From an uncultured Chloroflexia bacterium (GTDB taxonomy: Bacteria > Chloroflexota > Dehalococcoidia > DSTF01 > JALHUB01), in NCBI GenBank assembly GCA_963726245.1, contig CAVSBT010000044.1:1-64000 (forward strand): a stretch of DNA of 64,000 nt. Direction: 5' to 3'. The translations under genes and the position numbers were made by a program. Positions 10,412 through 20,981 of this stretch are shown piece after piece. The notes below the pieces were generated by a model. It made no database searches. It was given only the letters and a program-made list of their open reading frames with translations, and was not told the DNA's origin. Every line of letters begins with the position of its first letter. The stretch's first letter is position 1.

Positions 10412-10437
10412 AGGCAGCACACTATGAGCCCATGGTG
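10412..10437. repeat. direct repeat copy 1 (AGGCAGCACACTATGAGC-NN-ATGGTG)
   Basis: 24/26 identical to 12584-12609. Confidence 0.8.
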
Positions 10438-10573
10438 TCGGCGGCCAGGAGACCAGATGACGCTTCTGGCGACTTGCTTCTCTACTATGATGGCCGGCTC
10501 TGTCCCCTGATGGGCATCTACTCGCTGCTGCCCCACGTTTTGGGGACGTGAGCGGCCCGGTCTAATGCGAGCG

Positions 10574-10601
10574 TTGACAAGGCTGGCATTGCGCGTATGA
10601 T
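10574..10601 (+). promoter_or_regulatory. sigma70-like promoter
   Basis: TTGACA-16 bp-TATGAT upstream of the surface protein gene. Confidence 0.6.
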
Positions 10602-10815
10602 GGGCCTGTCCCGGCTGGGATCCTTGAAGCGAGAATGACCAGGCTAGGCGGGGGCCATGGTCACGGGGAGCGTCCACTTCGTTTGCGTGAACAGCCACTG
10701 CGCCGCTGACGCGGCGGCTGAGGTATAGCTACGGCGTGACCGGCCCATGGCGGGCCGGCCTTGCTTTGTGCCGGCCGCGGGCGGCGGCAGCGCGCTTCCG
10801 GCGGGAGGTACTACG

Positions 10816-12498
10816 ATGCTGCGAAGGTTGTCAGGGGCAGAATGGCTACTCGGCGCAGCCCTGGGCGTCGTCGTGATTCTTGCGGCGGCGCTCGGCAGAC
10901 CGCCACATCCGGCGCTAGCCCAGGACAGCGACGGCGACGGCTGCAGCGACGCCGAAGAACTGGCCATGGGCTTCAACCCGCTCAGCTTCTGGGACTTCTT
11001 CGACGTGCCGCGTGACCATCAGGACCCCACGCCTAATGGTCCCAAGAACGGCAACATCGATGTAGGCGATGTGCTGTCGGTGCTGGCCTACCTAGGAACC
11101 TACCACAACGGCCCCCCGAACGCCCAGGGCCACGTCTACGACAGTGACAAGAACGGCGACACCGTAGCGGATGGGGCGGAGTATGACCGTACGCCGGGCG
11201 CGGCTCCCAACCCGCCGTGGGATGCCGGCCCGCCCAGCGGCGCTGTGACCTATCAAGACCTGATGGTCGTGTTGCAGCAGTCGGGCCTCGCCTGCTGGCC
11301 AGGGGTTGGTGGGTCACCACCTGTCCCGCCACCTCCATCTCAGCCGCCAACTCTGACGCCGGCCAACGCCATGGCCGTGGACGTGGACCCCAGCACGCCG
11401 TTCCCGGCCGTCGAGGCAGGCCCTCGCGTCGTCGCGGTGGGGGCCACGTTCACCGTCGACATTGACGTGACAGCGGTCGCCACGCCGTATGAGGGGTACC
11501 AGTACGCGGCGGCGTGGGACGCGGCTGTGCTGTCCCTAGTGGGTCCGACAGGTTCCGACTATATCAGGGACGTCCCGGTGCCTGCCCCCAACGTCTATTC
11601 CGGCAATCTGAATGGCGGGGGTACCGGGCGGAAAGACACCCTCACCTTCCAGTGCTTGGCTCCCGGCACCAGCGCCATTCACCTGGTGACGGCTCTGGAG
11701 GAACCTCTCAACTGGCGAACCGCCACCATGGTCAGTGGAGGGCAGTTCATCGAAACCACCACGACTGACGCCGCAGCGACCTGCGTTTTCGACACCGACG
11801 GCGATGGAATGCCGGACGCATACGAAGACGCGCACGCCTGCCTGAACAAGGACGTGCCAGACGCCAGCGCCGATCCGGACCGTGATGGTCTCACTAGCCT
11901 GCAGGAGTACAACGGCGCTGACGGAACTCCTGGCACAGGTGACGAGACCGACCCGTGTGCATACGACACGGACGGCGGCGGCGCTCCTGACGGTCTAGAG
12001 GTGGGAACAGCCCGTAACCCTCTCGACCCAGCCGACGATGCTGGCCTCCTGACCCAGGACTCGGACCTCGACGGTTGCGTGAACGCCGAAGAGGTGCTTG
12101 GTGCCCCTGCCCCCAAGCCGGGCTCCACGGGCCCGTACAACCCCCTCGCCTGGTACGACTTCTACGACGTGCCCGTGCCCGCCAACCCGGACATGACCGC
12201 CAACGGCCCCAGGAATAAGGTCGTGGACATCTCCGACGTGCTGGCCGTCCTCTACTACTCGGGCGCCAACGCCGGCGGGCCGCCCAACGGCAACGGCGTG
12301 GCCTACGACAGCGTCAAGGGCTCCTGTGACTGGAACGCAGACACCGTCCCGGACAAGGAGGGTCTGTGCTACGACCGGACGCCCGGACCGCTGCCGAACC
12401 CGCCCTTGGACGCGGGGCCGCCCAACGGCGCCATCGACATCAGCGACGTGCTGGCGGTGCTGGCGCAGTCGGTCCTGAGCTGCGCCGGGCCGCCGTAG
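10816..12498 (+). CDS. secreted surface protein: dockerin-like module, cohesin-like domain, Ca-binding DxDxDG repeats, second dockerin-like module
   Basis: GGAGG RBS then signal peptide (..ALA-QD); two copies of W(Y)DFxDVP..NxxxDxxDVLxVL..YDRTPG..PPxGAxxxxDxxxVL; central beta-sandwich-like domain. Confidence 0.75.
   Translation: MLRRLSGAEWLLGAALGVVVILAAALGRPPHPALAQDSDGDGCSDAEELAMGFNPLSFWDFFDVPRDHQDPTPNGPKNGNIDVGDVLSVLAYLGTYHNGPPNAQGHVYDSDKNGDTVADGAEYDRTPGAAPNPPWDAGPPSGAVTYQDLMVVLQQSGLACWPGVGGSPPVPPPPSQPPTLTPANAMAVDVDPSTPFPAVEAGPRVVAVGATFTVDIDVTAVATPYEGYQYAAAWDAAVLSLVGPTGSDYIRDVPVPAPNVYSGNLNGGGTGRKDTLTFQCLAPGTSAIHLVTALEEPLNWRTATMVSGGQFIETTTTDAAATCVFDTDGDGMPDAYEDAHACLNKDVPDASADPDRDGLTSLQEYNGADGTPGTGDETDPCAYDTDGGGAPDGLEVGTARNPLDPADDAGLLTQDSDLDGCVNAEEVLGAPAPKPGSTGPYNPLAWYDFYDVPVPANPDMTANGPRNKVVDISDVLAVLYYSGANAGGPPNGNGVAYDSVKGSCDWNADTVPDKEGLCYDRTPGPLPNPPLDAGPPNGAIDISDVLAVLAQSVLSCAGPP
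12060..12498 (+). repeat. C-terminal module near-identical in DNA to ~18610-19048
   Basis: Long shared stretches such as GCCGTCCTCTACTACTC, TGTGACTGGAACGC, GGACAAGGAGGG and TGCGCCGGGCCGCCGTAG. Confidence 0.9.
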
Positions 12499-12525
12499 GA
12501 CACCGATAGCTTGCACTCTCGCCAA

Positions 12526-12551
12526 GGGGGGCGGCCGTGATGACCGCCCCT
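12526..12551 (+). terminator. hairpin after surface protein 1 (similar hairpin at 19078-19100)
   Basis: GGGGCGGCC-GTGA-TGACCGCCCC; weak U-tract. Confidence 0.45.
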
Positions 12552-12583
12552 CGCTTTCGCTTGCGAATGGAGGGAGGGGCAAG

Positions 12584-12609
12584 AGGCAGCACACTATGAG
12601 CGGATGGTG
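12584..12609. repeat. direct repeat copy 2
   Basis: Matches 10412-10437. Confidence 0.8.
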
Positions 12610-12855
12610 GACGATAGCAGGGATGGTTGGGGCAGAGATCAGTCCCCGAAGCGAAGCGACGCAATCCGACGAGTGGGGCCGAGGCTCCGATAAAGGCCGG
12701 AGGCTCTGGCGGGCCTGGCGGCCTCTTCCTATCCCGCAGGCACGGCTTGTAGCGTTCTGCCCGCCTGCACTAACTCAAACCGCGCCCCAACCCTCAGGTC
12801 ACTGCCTGGCGGCAGTTTTCGACTTAGCCAACCGCAACAACGCCTGGCACCCCTC

Positions 12856-12884
12856 TTGACAAGTTGCCCATGTGGGAGTAGTTT
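12856..12884 (+). promoter_or_regulatory. sigma70-like promoter of ABC operon
   Basis: TTGACA-17 bp-TAGTTT. Confidence 0.6.
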
Positions 12885-12890
12885 ACGCTC

Positions 12891-13125
12891 GCATAAGGAA
12901 CCGCCGGCGTTGGTGGCACCGGCGGCCCCGGTTAGCGAGCCCTGGCGCGGCCAGGGTCGGTCTATCCAGTTGGAGGCGATAGGCCCCGACCGCGCAAGGT
13001 CTGGGGCTTGTGTATCTGGCTTCCCCGCCGGGGTGCGACTACAGCGGGCGTCCCTTTGCTCCCACCAGGTGGCCGGTGGAGCCCCGCGAAAGGCGACGCC
13101 CCGCCTATCAGTAGCCGGTCAGTTC
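12891..13125 (+). ncRNA. candidate structured 5' leader RNA (family unassigned)
   Basis: Consecutive hairpins, two with GCAA/GAAA loops, between promoter and ATG 13162. Confidence 0.35.
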
Positions 13126-13161
13126 GTCCAGTAGATTCAGAGTCTGCAGACAACTGCCGCA

Positions 13162-13929
13162 ATGACTTTGACGAAGAACGCCCTGGTACCGAGGTTGCCG
13201 CCGACCCTCGACGGCGCGGCGGCGGCGACCGACGCGCTGTGCAAGCGGTTCGGACGGATCGATGCGCTCACCGACGTGTGCCTGGCGGCCCCCTGCGGCA
13301 TCACCTTCGGCCTTCTCGGCCCCAACGGCAGCGGCAAGACAACGCTGCTCCGCCTGCTGGCCGGCGTGCTGAAGCCCACCTCCGGCGAGGTCCGCATTCT
13401 CGGCGGGCGGCCCCAGGGAGACCTGCTCAACGAGGTGGGCTATATGCCTCAGGGCCTCGGCCTGGATGACAGGCTGACCGTCTGGGAGAACATGCGCTGG
13501 TTCGCCGGGGTGCAGGGCGTGCGTTCGAAGGTGCAGATGGAGGAGGCGCTCGACCTCGTGCACATACGGGACAGGATGCACAGCCGGGTGCGCGACCTCA
13601 GCACCGGCACGGCGCGACGAGTTTCCCTTGCCTGCGCGCTGGCTCACCGGCCGCGACTGCTCCTTCTGGACGAGCCAACCGTGGGCGTTGACCCCTACCT
13701 GCGACGCCAGTTCTGGGAGTACTTCCACCGCCTCAACACCGAAGGCGTCACCATTATGCTGACGACGCATATCCTCGACGAGGCGGAACGCTGCCATCGA
13801 GTGGGGATACTCCGCTCTGGTCGTCTCCTCGCGCAAGGCAGCCCGCGGGAGGCCTCGACAGCACTGGGCGCTTCGACGCTCGAAGGCGCCTTCCTGAAGC
13901 TTGCGGAGGAGTCTGTTGGCACCGCGTAG
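13162..13929 (+). CDS. ABC-2 exporter ATP-binding subunit
   Basis: GPNGSGKTT, LSTG signature, LLLLDEPT, TTH switch. Confidence 0.93.
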   Translation: MTLTKNALVPRLPPTLDGAAAATDALCKRFGRIDALTDVCLAAPCGITFGLLGPNGSGKTTLLRLLAGVLKPTSGEVRILGGRPQGDLLNEVGYMPQGLGLDDRLTVWENMRWFAGVQGVRSKVQMEEALDLVHIRDRMHSRVRDLSTGTARRVSLACALAHRPRLLLLDEPTVGVDPYLRRQFWEYFHRLNTEGVTIMLTTHILDEAERCHRVGILRSGRLLAQGSPREASTALGASTLEGAFLKLAEESVGTA

Positions 13930-15055
13930 GGTCTGGCGTATCGCCCAGAGCGTCGCAACCGGGCATTATAGGGACATCCGTGCGCTGTGGGCCATCCTTC
14001 TGGTCCCCGTCGGCACCATGCTGCTCCTGGGCTTGGTGATGAGGCACACCAGCCATCCGCTCACCATCGCGCTTGCCGTTACGGACGACAAGTGGAGCAC
14101 TACCACCACCGCCTCACAGATCGAGGAGGCGCTGCACACGGACGACATCTTGACGTTCCGGACCGACAGCCGGTACGCGGCTGAACAGGCGCTCCGGGAT
14201 GGAAAGGCGGACGGCTTCGTGGTCATCGACAGCGCCCTCGCCGCAGACGTGCTGGGAGGCAAGACGCGGGAGGTGACCGTCGGCGTCGCAGGCGAGAGCC
14301 TGTTCCTCAGCCAGCGGACGCTCGCGGGCGTTGGGCATGCGCTCGTCACCGCTTCCCTGAGGGTGTTCCAGGACGCGAGCGGGGTTGAGCGCAACGCCGA
14401 CGAAAAGGTCGAGTTCAACACGACCTACCTCCACGGGGGCAAGGATTACGACGCCTGGGACCACCTGGCCCCCGCCCTTCTCGCCTTTCTCCCCTTCGTC
14501 TCCATGCTCACCGTCACCGTAGTGACATTCACGGCCGGCCGGGCCCAGCGCACCACGGAGCGGCTCATGGCGACGGCGCTGCGCCGGGGAGAGCTCATGC
14601 TGGGCAAGATGCTGGGCTATGGCACGATAACTCCCATCCAGGTAGGTGCGCTGCTGCTGATAATCACGCTGGTCCTGCGGGTCCACTTCGCTGGGAACCT
14701 GGGCGCCATATTCATCCTCACCGCCGTCGCTTCACTGGGAGCGCTGAACCTGGGCATGTTCCTGTCGTCCTTCGCCCGCTCCGAGGCGCAAGCGATGCAG
14801 ACGCTGCCTCTCGTCGTGGTGCCTCAGGCTGTCCTCAGCGGCGTCCTCTTCCCCCTGGACACGTTGCCCGACGCCCTGCAGGCCATCGCCCGCTTTCTCC
14901 CCCTCACTTACGCCGTCAGCGCCCTGCGCGACGTGATGATCAGGGGTGACGGCCTGCTGGACCCCGGAGTTGCGGTCAACCTGGCGGTCCTGCTGGCCTT
15001 TGCAGTCTTCTTCCTGTTCCTGGCGGCGCGAACGCTGGAGCAGGAAGCCAGTTGA
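13901..15055 (+). CDS. ABC-2 exporter permease
   Basis: N-terminal TM, extracellular domain, five C-terminal TMs, LSGVLFPLDTLP..PLTY. Confidence 0.9.
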   Translation: MRRSLLAPRRVWRIAQSVATGHYRDIRALWAILLVPVGTMLLLGLVMRHTSHPLTIALAVTDDKWSTTTTASQIEEALHTDDILTFRTDSRYAAEQALRDGKADGFVVIDSALAADVLGGKTREVTVGVAGESLFLSQRTLAGVGHALVTASLRVFQDASGVERNADEKVEFNTTYLHGGKDYDAWDHLAPALLAFLPFVSMLTVTVVTFTAGRAQRTTERLMATALRRGELMLGKMLGYGTITPIQVGALLLIITLVLRVHFAGNLGAIFILTAVASLGALNLGMFLSSFARSEAQAMQTLPLVVVPQAVLSGVLFPLDTLPDALQAIARFLPLTYAVSALRDVMIRGDGLLDPGVAVNLAVLLAFAVFFLFLAARTLEQEAS

Positions 15056-15102
15056 AGCGAAAGCCGCCCGCGGATAGGGCGTGTCAAGAAAGGGGACCGG
15101 CA

Positions 15103-18100
15103 ATGTCTGGCAAAGCAATCGCGACCTTAGCTTTCCACCTGCTGAAACGAGGGGCGGGAACCGGCCGCCCGGGGGGCAGAAGCCGGCTCTTCCGGCTCTG
15201 GCCCGTCGGGGGTGGCGTGCTGCTGGCCCTGGCCGCGGCCGTGGCCGCGCTGGCCCTGTTCAATGGGGACGGCCCGCGGCCCGTCCTGAGCGCCGCGGGC
15301 AACAACGCCATGGCCGTGGTGGGGCCGTCCGGAGCCCAGCCCATCGGCGGCCAGTTCGACGCCAGCGTGAGCATAACGGCGGCGCCGACCCCGTACTGGA
15401 TGTATTGGGCCAATGTCAAGTTCGACGACACTATCCTGACGTGGGTCCCCGTCTTCGATTCCGACGCTAACACGACCGCGGACTCCACCGTGTACAGTAG
15501 CCTTGGGGGCGCGACCCTACACCTGTATCCCAACCCCCAGTTCGACTACAACGCCAACGGGTGGAAGGACTCGACGTTCGCTGCTTCCCTCCGCCCATCC
15601 GGGACCACCACAGCCACGGGCCTGGCGGTGACCATGCGGTTCCAGTGCCTCCAGGCGGGCACCAGCCCCCTACACCTGGTGACGCCGCAGGAGGATACGC
15701 TAAACAGCACGACCACTTTGGCCGACGGCGGCTCCCGTATCGTCACGGACCTGACGGACGGGTCAGTCGAGTGCGGGATCTTGGAGGTCAACTCCACCGG
15801 CGACTTGCCCGACTTCTCGCTGGGCGACCCCATTTGCGATGATGGCACGGGCCACTGCACCCTGCGCGCCGCCATAATGCAGGCCAACGCCGACGCGGGG
15901 CCGGACACCATCACCTTCAACATTCCCGCCGGGGCTCAAGGCGATCCCGGGTGCAATCATGACACCGGCGTCTGCACGATCACTCCCGGAACGACCCTGC
16001 CCTGGATCGCCTACCCCGTGACCATCGACGGCACCACCCAGCCCGGCTACGCCGGCAGCCCCATCATCGACCTGAGCGGCGCTGCCGGGGTGTACTATGG
16101 CCTCGACATCCAGGCCCCCGACAGCACAGTGCGCGGGCTGGTGATCAATGGTTTTGCGGGGGGGCCCGGCATCGCACTCGCCGGGGCCGGGGCTACCGGC
16201 GACCACATCGAGGGCAACTACATCGGCACGGACGTCAGCGGGATGGAGCCGCAACCCAACCAGTATGGGGTTCTTTTTTACGGTGGCAACGACGACACCG
16301 TCGGCGGCACGGGCACCGGCGAGCGGAACGTCATCTCGGGGAACACCATCGGCGTCGCGGTGGGGGGCTCTGGCAATTCCATACTGGGGAACTACATCGG
16401 CACCAACGCGGCCGGCGACGGAGCGCTGGCCAACGTCTCGGGGGTTTGGTTGCCCGGGCCCGGCAACACGGTCGGCGGGACGGCGGCGGGCGCGGAGAAC
16501 ACCATCGCCTACAACACCGGCGACGGCGTTAAGGTTGATGGTGCCACCGCCACCGGTAACACCATACGGCGCAACCACATCTACGCCAACGGCGGCCTCG
16601 GCATCGACAACACTAACGGCGGCAACCTGGTGCTGCCGCCCCCCGCAATAGACAGCGCGCCGGCGGTGCAGGGCGGGCCCATAACCGGCACCGCCTGCGA
16701 GGGCTGCTACGTAGAGGTCTTCTCAGACGATGGAAACCAGGGCAAACGGATCATCGGCCATACCATCGCGGGCACCGGGGGGGCCTTCGCGGACGACGGG
16801 CAGGGAAACGGCTACGGCTGGAGCCTGGCGCAGCGCGCCGTCGGGCCCTACGTCACGGCCACCGCGACGGACCCCGGCGGCAACACCTCGAAGTTCTCCG
16901 ACGCCTCGCCGGTGGAGGGCGCCGGGCTGCTCGGCTACTTCCCCCAAATCGACCTGCGCCTCTCGTCGGAAGAGCCCTCAGCGCCCGCCGGCGTCAATCT
17001 GGACATCCAAGTGCCGCCCTCCACCCTCAACACCGAGTGGCTGCGCCTGCTGATGAGCGGCTCCGACTGGTTCCCGGGCAATCCTCGCCGCCCCGCTACT
17101 GAGATACCCGTGGGCGGCTTGACCGTCGAGATCGATGCCGGAGGCGGGCTGATTCTTACGGCGGCCGGCGCCGGCGGGCCGACCGTTCCCATCCCTCTCT
17201 ACGCCGTCGCGGATCCCGACTTCGCCGCGACCCTCGACTACCTGCCGGCCGACATCAACCAGGACGACGTCATCGGCGCCTTCAAGGCGAACGGGGCCGA
17301 CGCCCACATCTGGTTCCAGGACCTAGACATCACCAGTTCCTACGAGTTCGACGGCACGGGCTACGCCTTCATCGTCGACCGGGACGACGGCAAGCCGGAG
17401 ATGGTCTTCGGCACGGCCGGCTACGCTTCGATTGTCAAATCCGCGAGGGTCACGCGGGTCCATCTCAACCTGGACGGCCAGGTGGGCAGCTTCGTCGTGA
17501 GACAGAACAGCGGCACCGACGGGTACTTCCCCGTCGTGGCCAGGGCGGACACCGCCGACAGCCAGTATTCGGGCATCAATCAGCTCGCCCTCGGCATGGC
17601 GTGTTTCTACATAGGGACGGGCACGCCTCCCACCGACAGCGACGGCGACTGCCTGGTGGCCGGGGCCCTCGGGGAGGACGACGGCAACCAGGACCAGGAT
17701 AATGACGGCCTGCCCGACGGGTTCGACCTCCTTTGCGGCAGCCAGAACACCATCACCAGCCCCAACTACGACGGGGACAGCTACGGCGACTGGGAAGAGT
17801 GCGCTCGCGGCACCGACCCCGACCCCTGGGACACCGACGTGGATGGCTTCAGCGACGCGGTGGACAACTGCCCCTTGGCGAAGAACCCGTCGCAGGCCGA
17901 CTTTGACAGGGACGGGCAAGGCGACGCCTGCGACCTGGACGACGACGGCGACTACCTCACCGACAGGCAGGAGCAGTCCGCCGTCGTCACTCTGGTGGGC
18001 GACGACTCAAGCACTCTCGATATGAAAGAGAACACTTTCCGCTGTGACTTCGGCGGCGGGCTGTCAACGCAACTGAACCCGAGGGAGCGTGACACGGACC

Positions 18101-19048
18101 ACGACGGCTTCCTCGACGGCGCCGAGTGCGCCCTCGGCTCCGACCCGACCAACAATCCCGGCGGAGTCGGATACGTATGCCCGCCGGGGGTACCGTACAG
18201 CACGCCGGAGATAGTCGGCAACCTCAAAGACGACGACTGCGACGGGCTGGTGGACGAGAAGCCCGTGAAGCTGCTGGTCGGGTTCCAGGAGGGCGGCACC
18301 AGCGCGGATGACCCGGACAGCGACGGCCTCATGAACGCCGGCTCCGACACCGGCATCTCCTGGGAGACCGTTGCCGGCACCTGCAGGCAGGTGCGGGGCG
18401 ACGCGTCGCATCCCCCGGTAGACCTCGCCACCTGCACCGACCCCGACTACTGGGCTGTCCCCGCGCCCCCCGAGGCAGCGTACGGTGGCAACGGGGCCCA
18501 TACTGCCCAGGACGACGCCGGGCCCCCGCAAATTGCGGACGTTGACGGCGACGGCCTCACCGACGGGGACGAGTTCATGCGCTACGGCACGTCGCTCGTC
18601 AACCTGGACACCGACAACGACGGCTGCGCGGACAGCGAGGAGGTGGCGGGCGCGCCTGCTTCCAAGCCCGGCTCCACCGGCGCCTATCGACCCCCTGGTC
18701 TGGTACGACTTCTTCGACGTGCCGGTGCCCGCCAACGCGGACATGACTCGCAACGGCCCTCGCAACAAGGAGGTTGACATCGCCGACGTGCTAGCCGTCC
18801 TCTACTACTCCGGCGCCAACGCGGGCGGGCCGCCCAACGGTAGCGGCGTGGCCTACGACACCATCAAGGGCTCGTGTGACTGGAACGCGGACACGGTGCC
18901 GGACAAGGAGGGCCTGTGCTACGACCGAACGCCCGGCCCCCTGCCGAACCCACCCAATGACGCGGGGCCGCCCAACGGTGCCATCGACATCAGCGACGTG
19001 CTGGTGGTCCTGGCGCAGAGCGGCCTGAGTTGCGCCGGGCCGCCGTAG
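15103..19048 (+). CDS. large surface protein: cohesin-like, CSLREA-like/beta-helix, thrombospondin-3-like Ca repeats, C-terminal dockerin-like module (frameshift near 18690)
   Basis: TM/signal segment; VNSTGD..CTLRAAI; GNYIGT repeats; DNCP..NP.Q.D.D.DG; C-terminal module in ORF 18485..19048. Confidence 0.8.
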
Positions 19049-19160
19049 GCAGCACTGGCCTACGCTCTAAGCACTAAGGGGCGGTCGCGAAGGCCGCCCC
19101 CAGTGTTCGCGAGCTGGTGCGCAGGAACCCCGCGGACAGCAGACTGCCTCGAAAATGCGG

Positions 19161-20388
19161 TCATACGGCGGGCCGCAGCGAGACGCTGTATCCGAGCGCT
19201 TCCAATCGGTGGGTGCGGCGGCTACAAACTCAATCACGGTGGAGTTGATCGAAGTAGTTGTCTCCCAGGTCAACGTAGATCTGTCCGCGAGCCAGGATAT
19301 GGTAGACGATTGTGAGAATGCTGTGGGCCACGGCCACGGCAGCCCGGTTCGCCCCGCGACGCGCCGCAATACGGTGGTACTGGGCGCCCAGATACGTGCG
19401 ACTGCGGGCAGCAGCGCGAGCAGCCTCCACGAGGGCACTACGTAGCCAAGGACTGCCTTTGCGGGTGCGTCCGCTGTGAGATTTCCCGGCGCTTTGGTGC
19501 TGGCCAGGACAGAGGCCGGTCCACGAGGCCAGGTGGCGAGCGGAAGGGAAGCGTCCCATCTCGGCTCCTAGTTCACTGAGCAGCGTCTCAGCGATGCGGC
19601 GACCGACGCCGGGGATGGTCGTGAGCCGCTCCAGGTCCGGTTGAAAAGGACGGAGCCGTTCCTCTATCTCGCCGCTGACTTCCTCGATCAGGGCGCCCAG
19701 GTTGTCGATGTGCCGCAGGTGGGCCGCCAGCAGGAACCGCTGATGGGCCTCCAGCCGGCCGTGGAGCGCCTCCTCCAAGGCCGCTTTCTTGTTCCGGAGC
19801 TTGCCGAGGGCCAGGCCTGCCATCATCTGGGCCTCTTCTTCTCCTGCCACTAGCGCTGCCAGCATTGCGCGCCCTGAGACTCCAACCACGTTGCTGGCCA
19901 CAGAGGCCAGCTTGATGTTGGCGCCTTCCAGTACCTTCTGGATTCGGTTCACCTCTGATGCGCGTTCTCGGACTAGGGTAGTACGGTAGCGGGAGAGTTC
20001 TCGCAACTCGCGCTCCGGGCGGGAGGGGATGAAGCTGGGGCGGAGCAGGCTATGGCGCAGCAGGTCGGCAATCCACTCGGCGTCTCGCACGTCCGTCTTG
20101 CGCCCAGGCACGGCTTTCAGGTGCTGGGCATTCACCACCAACAGCTCGAAGGTTCCCTCCAAGATGTTGTACACGGGCTTCCAATACGACCCGGTGCTCT
20201 CCATGGCCACGTGGGTGCATCCCGCTGCACTCAACCAGTCCGTGAGCGCGAGCAGCTCTCGCGTCGTGGCCCCGAACGTTCGGACTTCGCGTATGGCCCC
20301 CCCCACGCAGCCCCGGTGTCAGCAGACATGCCACCACCGTCTTCTTGTGCACGTCCAGCCCACAGCAGCGCTCGTGCACGACATCCAT
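19161..20388 (-). pseudogene. IS110 transposase (DEDD + Tnp), frameshift near 20305 and in-frame TGA at 19230
   Basis: [30 protein letters not shown]; frame continues past TGA as VCSRRTHRLEALGYSVSLRPAV*. Confidence 0.9.
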
Positions 20389-20608
20389 AGCCTTCACCTC
20401 TCTCTGTAGTGTGACGGCCGGGAGGGTGCCCTTGTCTTCAGATACTGCCTCGCGTGCTCCCGCTAGGGGCAACAGACGGCCATGCCCGCGAGCACCCAGG
20501 TCCAAACTAAGAGGCGGGCTTCTGGCACCATAGTGTGCGCGACCTCCGCTCTGCCGGCGCGTCCGTCACCATTTTCATCCGCGGCCGTGTCGCAAAGCGA
20601 CATCAGTA
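20389..20608 (-). ncRNA. putative IS110 bridge RNA region
   Basis: Contains exact 9-nt copies of both junctions (20505-20513 = 20608-20616; 20444-20452 = 19143-19151). Confidence 0.7.
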
Positions 20609-20768
20609 ACTAAGAGTACATCGTGCCTCAAGGCTGGTCCATATGCCCTACAGAGTCAACCGCTTTCAGATACGCATGGAGTTTTGGCACCCCACAGCTT
20701 GGACCGACCACTAGTATAGCATTAAGTATTGACAAGTTGTGCCATATTGACGTACGCTACCGCTAGAG

Positions 20769-20981
20769 ATGAGCGACGAATGGGTAACAGTCGCGGAGGT
20801 GGCTGACCTCCTGCGACTTCATCCGGAAACGATCCGGCGCCTTCTCCGCAGGGGGGAGTTGGTCGGGCACGATTTCGGGGGGCGAGGCGGGTACCGGATA
20901 AGCAGGCAAGATCTGGACCGATATCTGCAGAGCCTGGGAAAGCAGCCTTCTCCGAGGAGGCGCAAGCGAGGATCGCAATGA
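20769..20981 (+). CDS. excisionase-like HTH (HTH_17) protein, candidate directionality factor
   Basis: VTVAEVADLLRLHPETIRRLLRRGEL..YRI; ATGA overlap with the recombinase. Confidence 0.85.
   Translation: MSDEWVTVAEVADLLRLHPETIRRLLRRGELVGHDFGGRGGYRISRQDLDRYLQSLGKQPSPRRRKRGSQ

Larger units (their letters stand above)
19143..20611 (-). mobile_element. IS110-family insertion sequence
   Basis: Transposase plus 5' non-coding end; AGT core (ACT on + strand) at both junctions, 19143-19145 and 20609-20611. Confidence 0.85.

Noticed and set aside
10602-10700. c-di-GMP-II-like leader before surface protein 1
   Set aside because: Only fragmentary resemblance (TGAAG..TGGTCAC); the conserved 3' elements were not found.
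12060-19048. Near-identical C-terminal repeats as a DGR template/variable pair
   Set aside because: No reverse transcriptase in the window, both copies are coding, and the differences appear mostly synonymous rather than adenine-specific.
19230-19232. In-frame TGA in the IS110 transposase as possible selenocysteine or readthrough
   Set aside because: Best explained as a CGA->TGA nonsense change or error; no catalytic Cys context and no SECIS evident.
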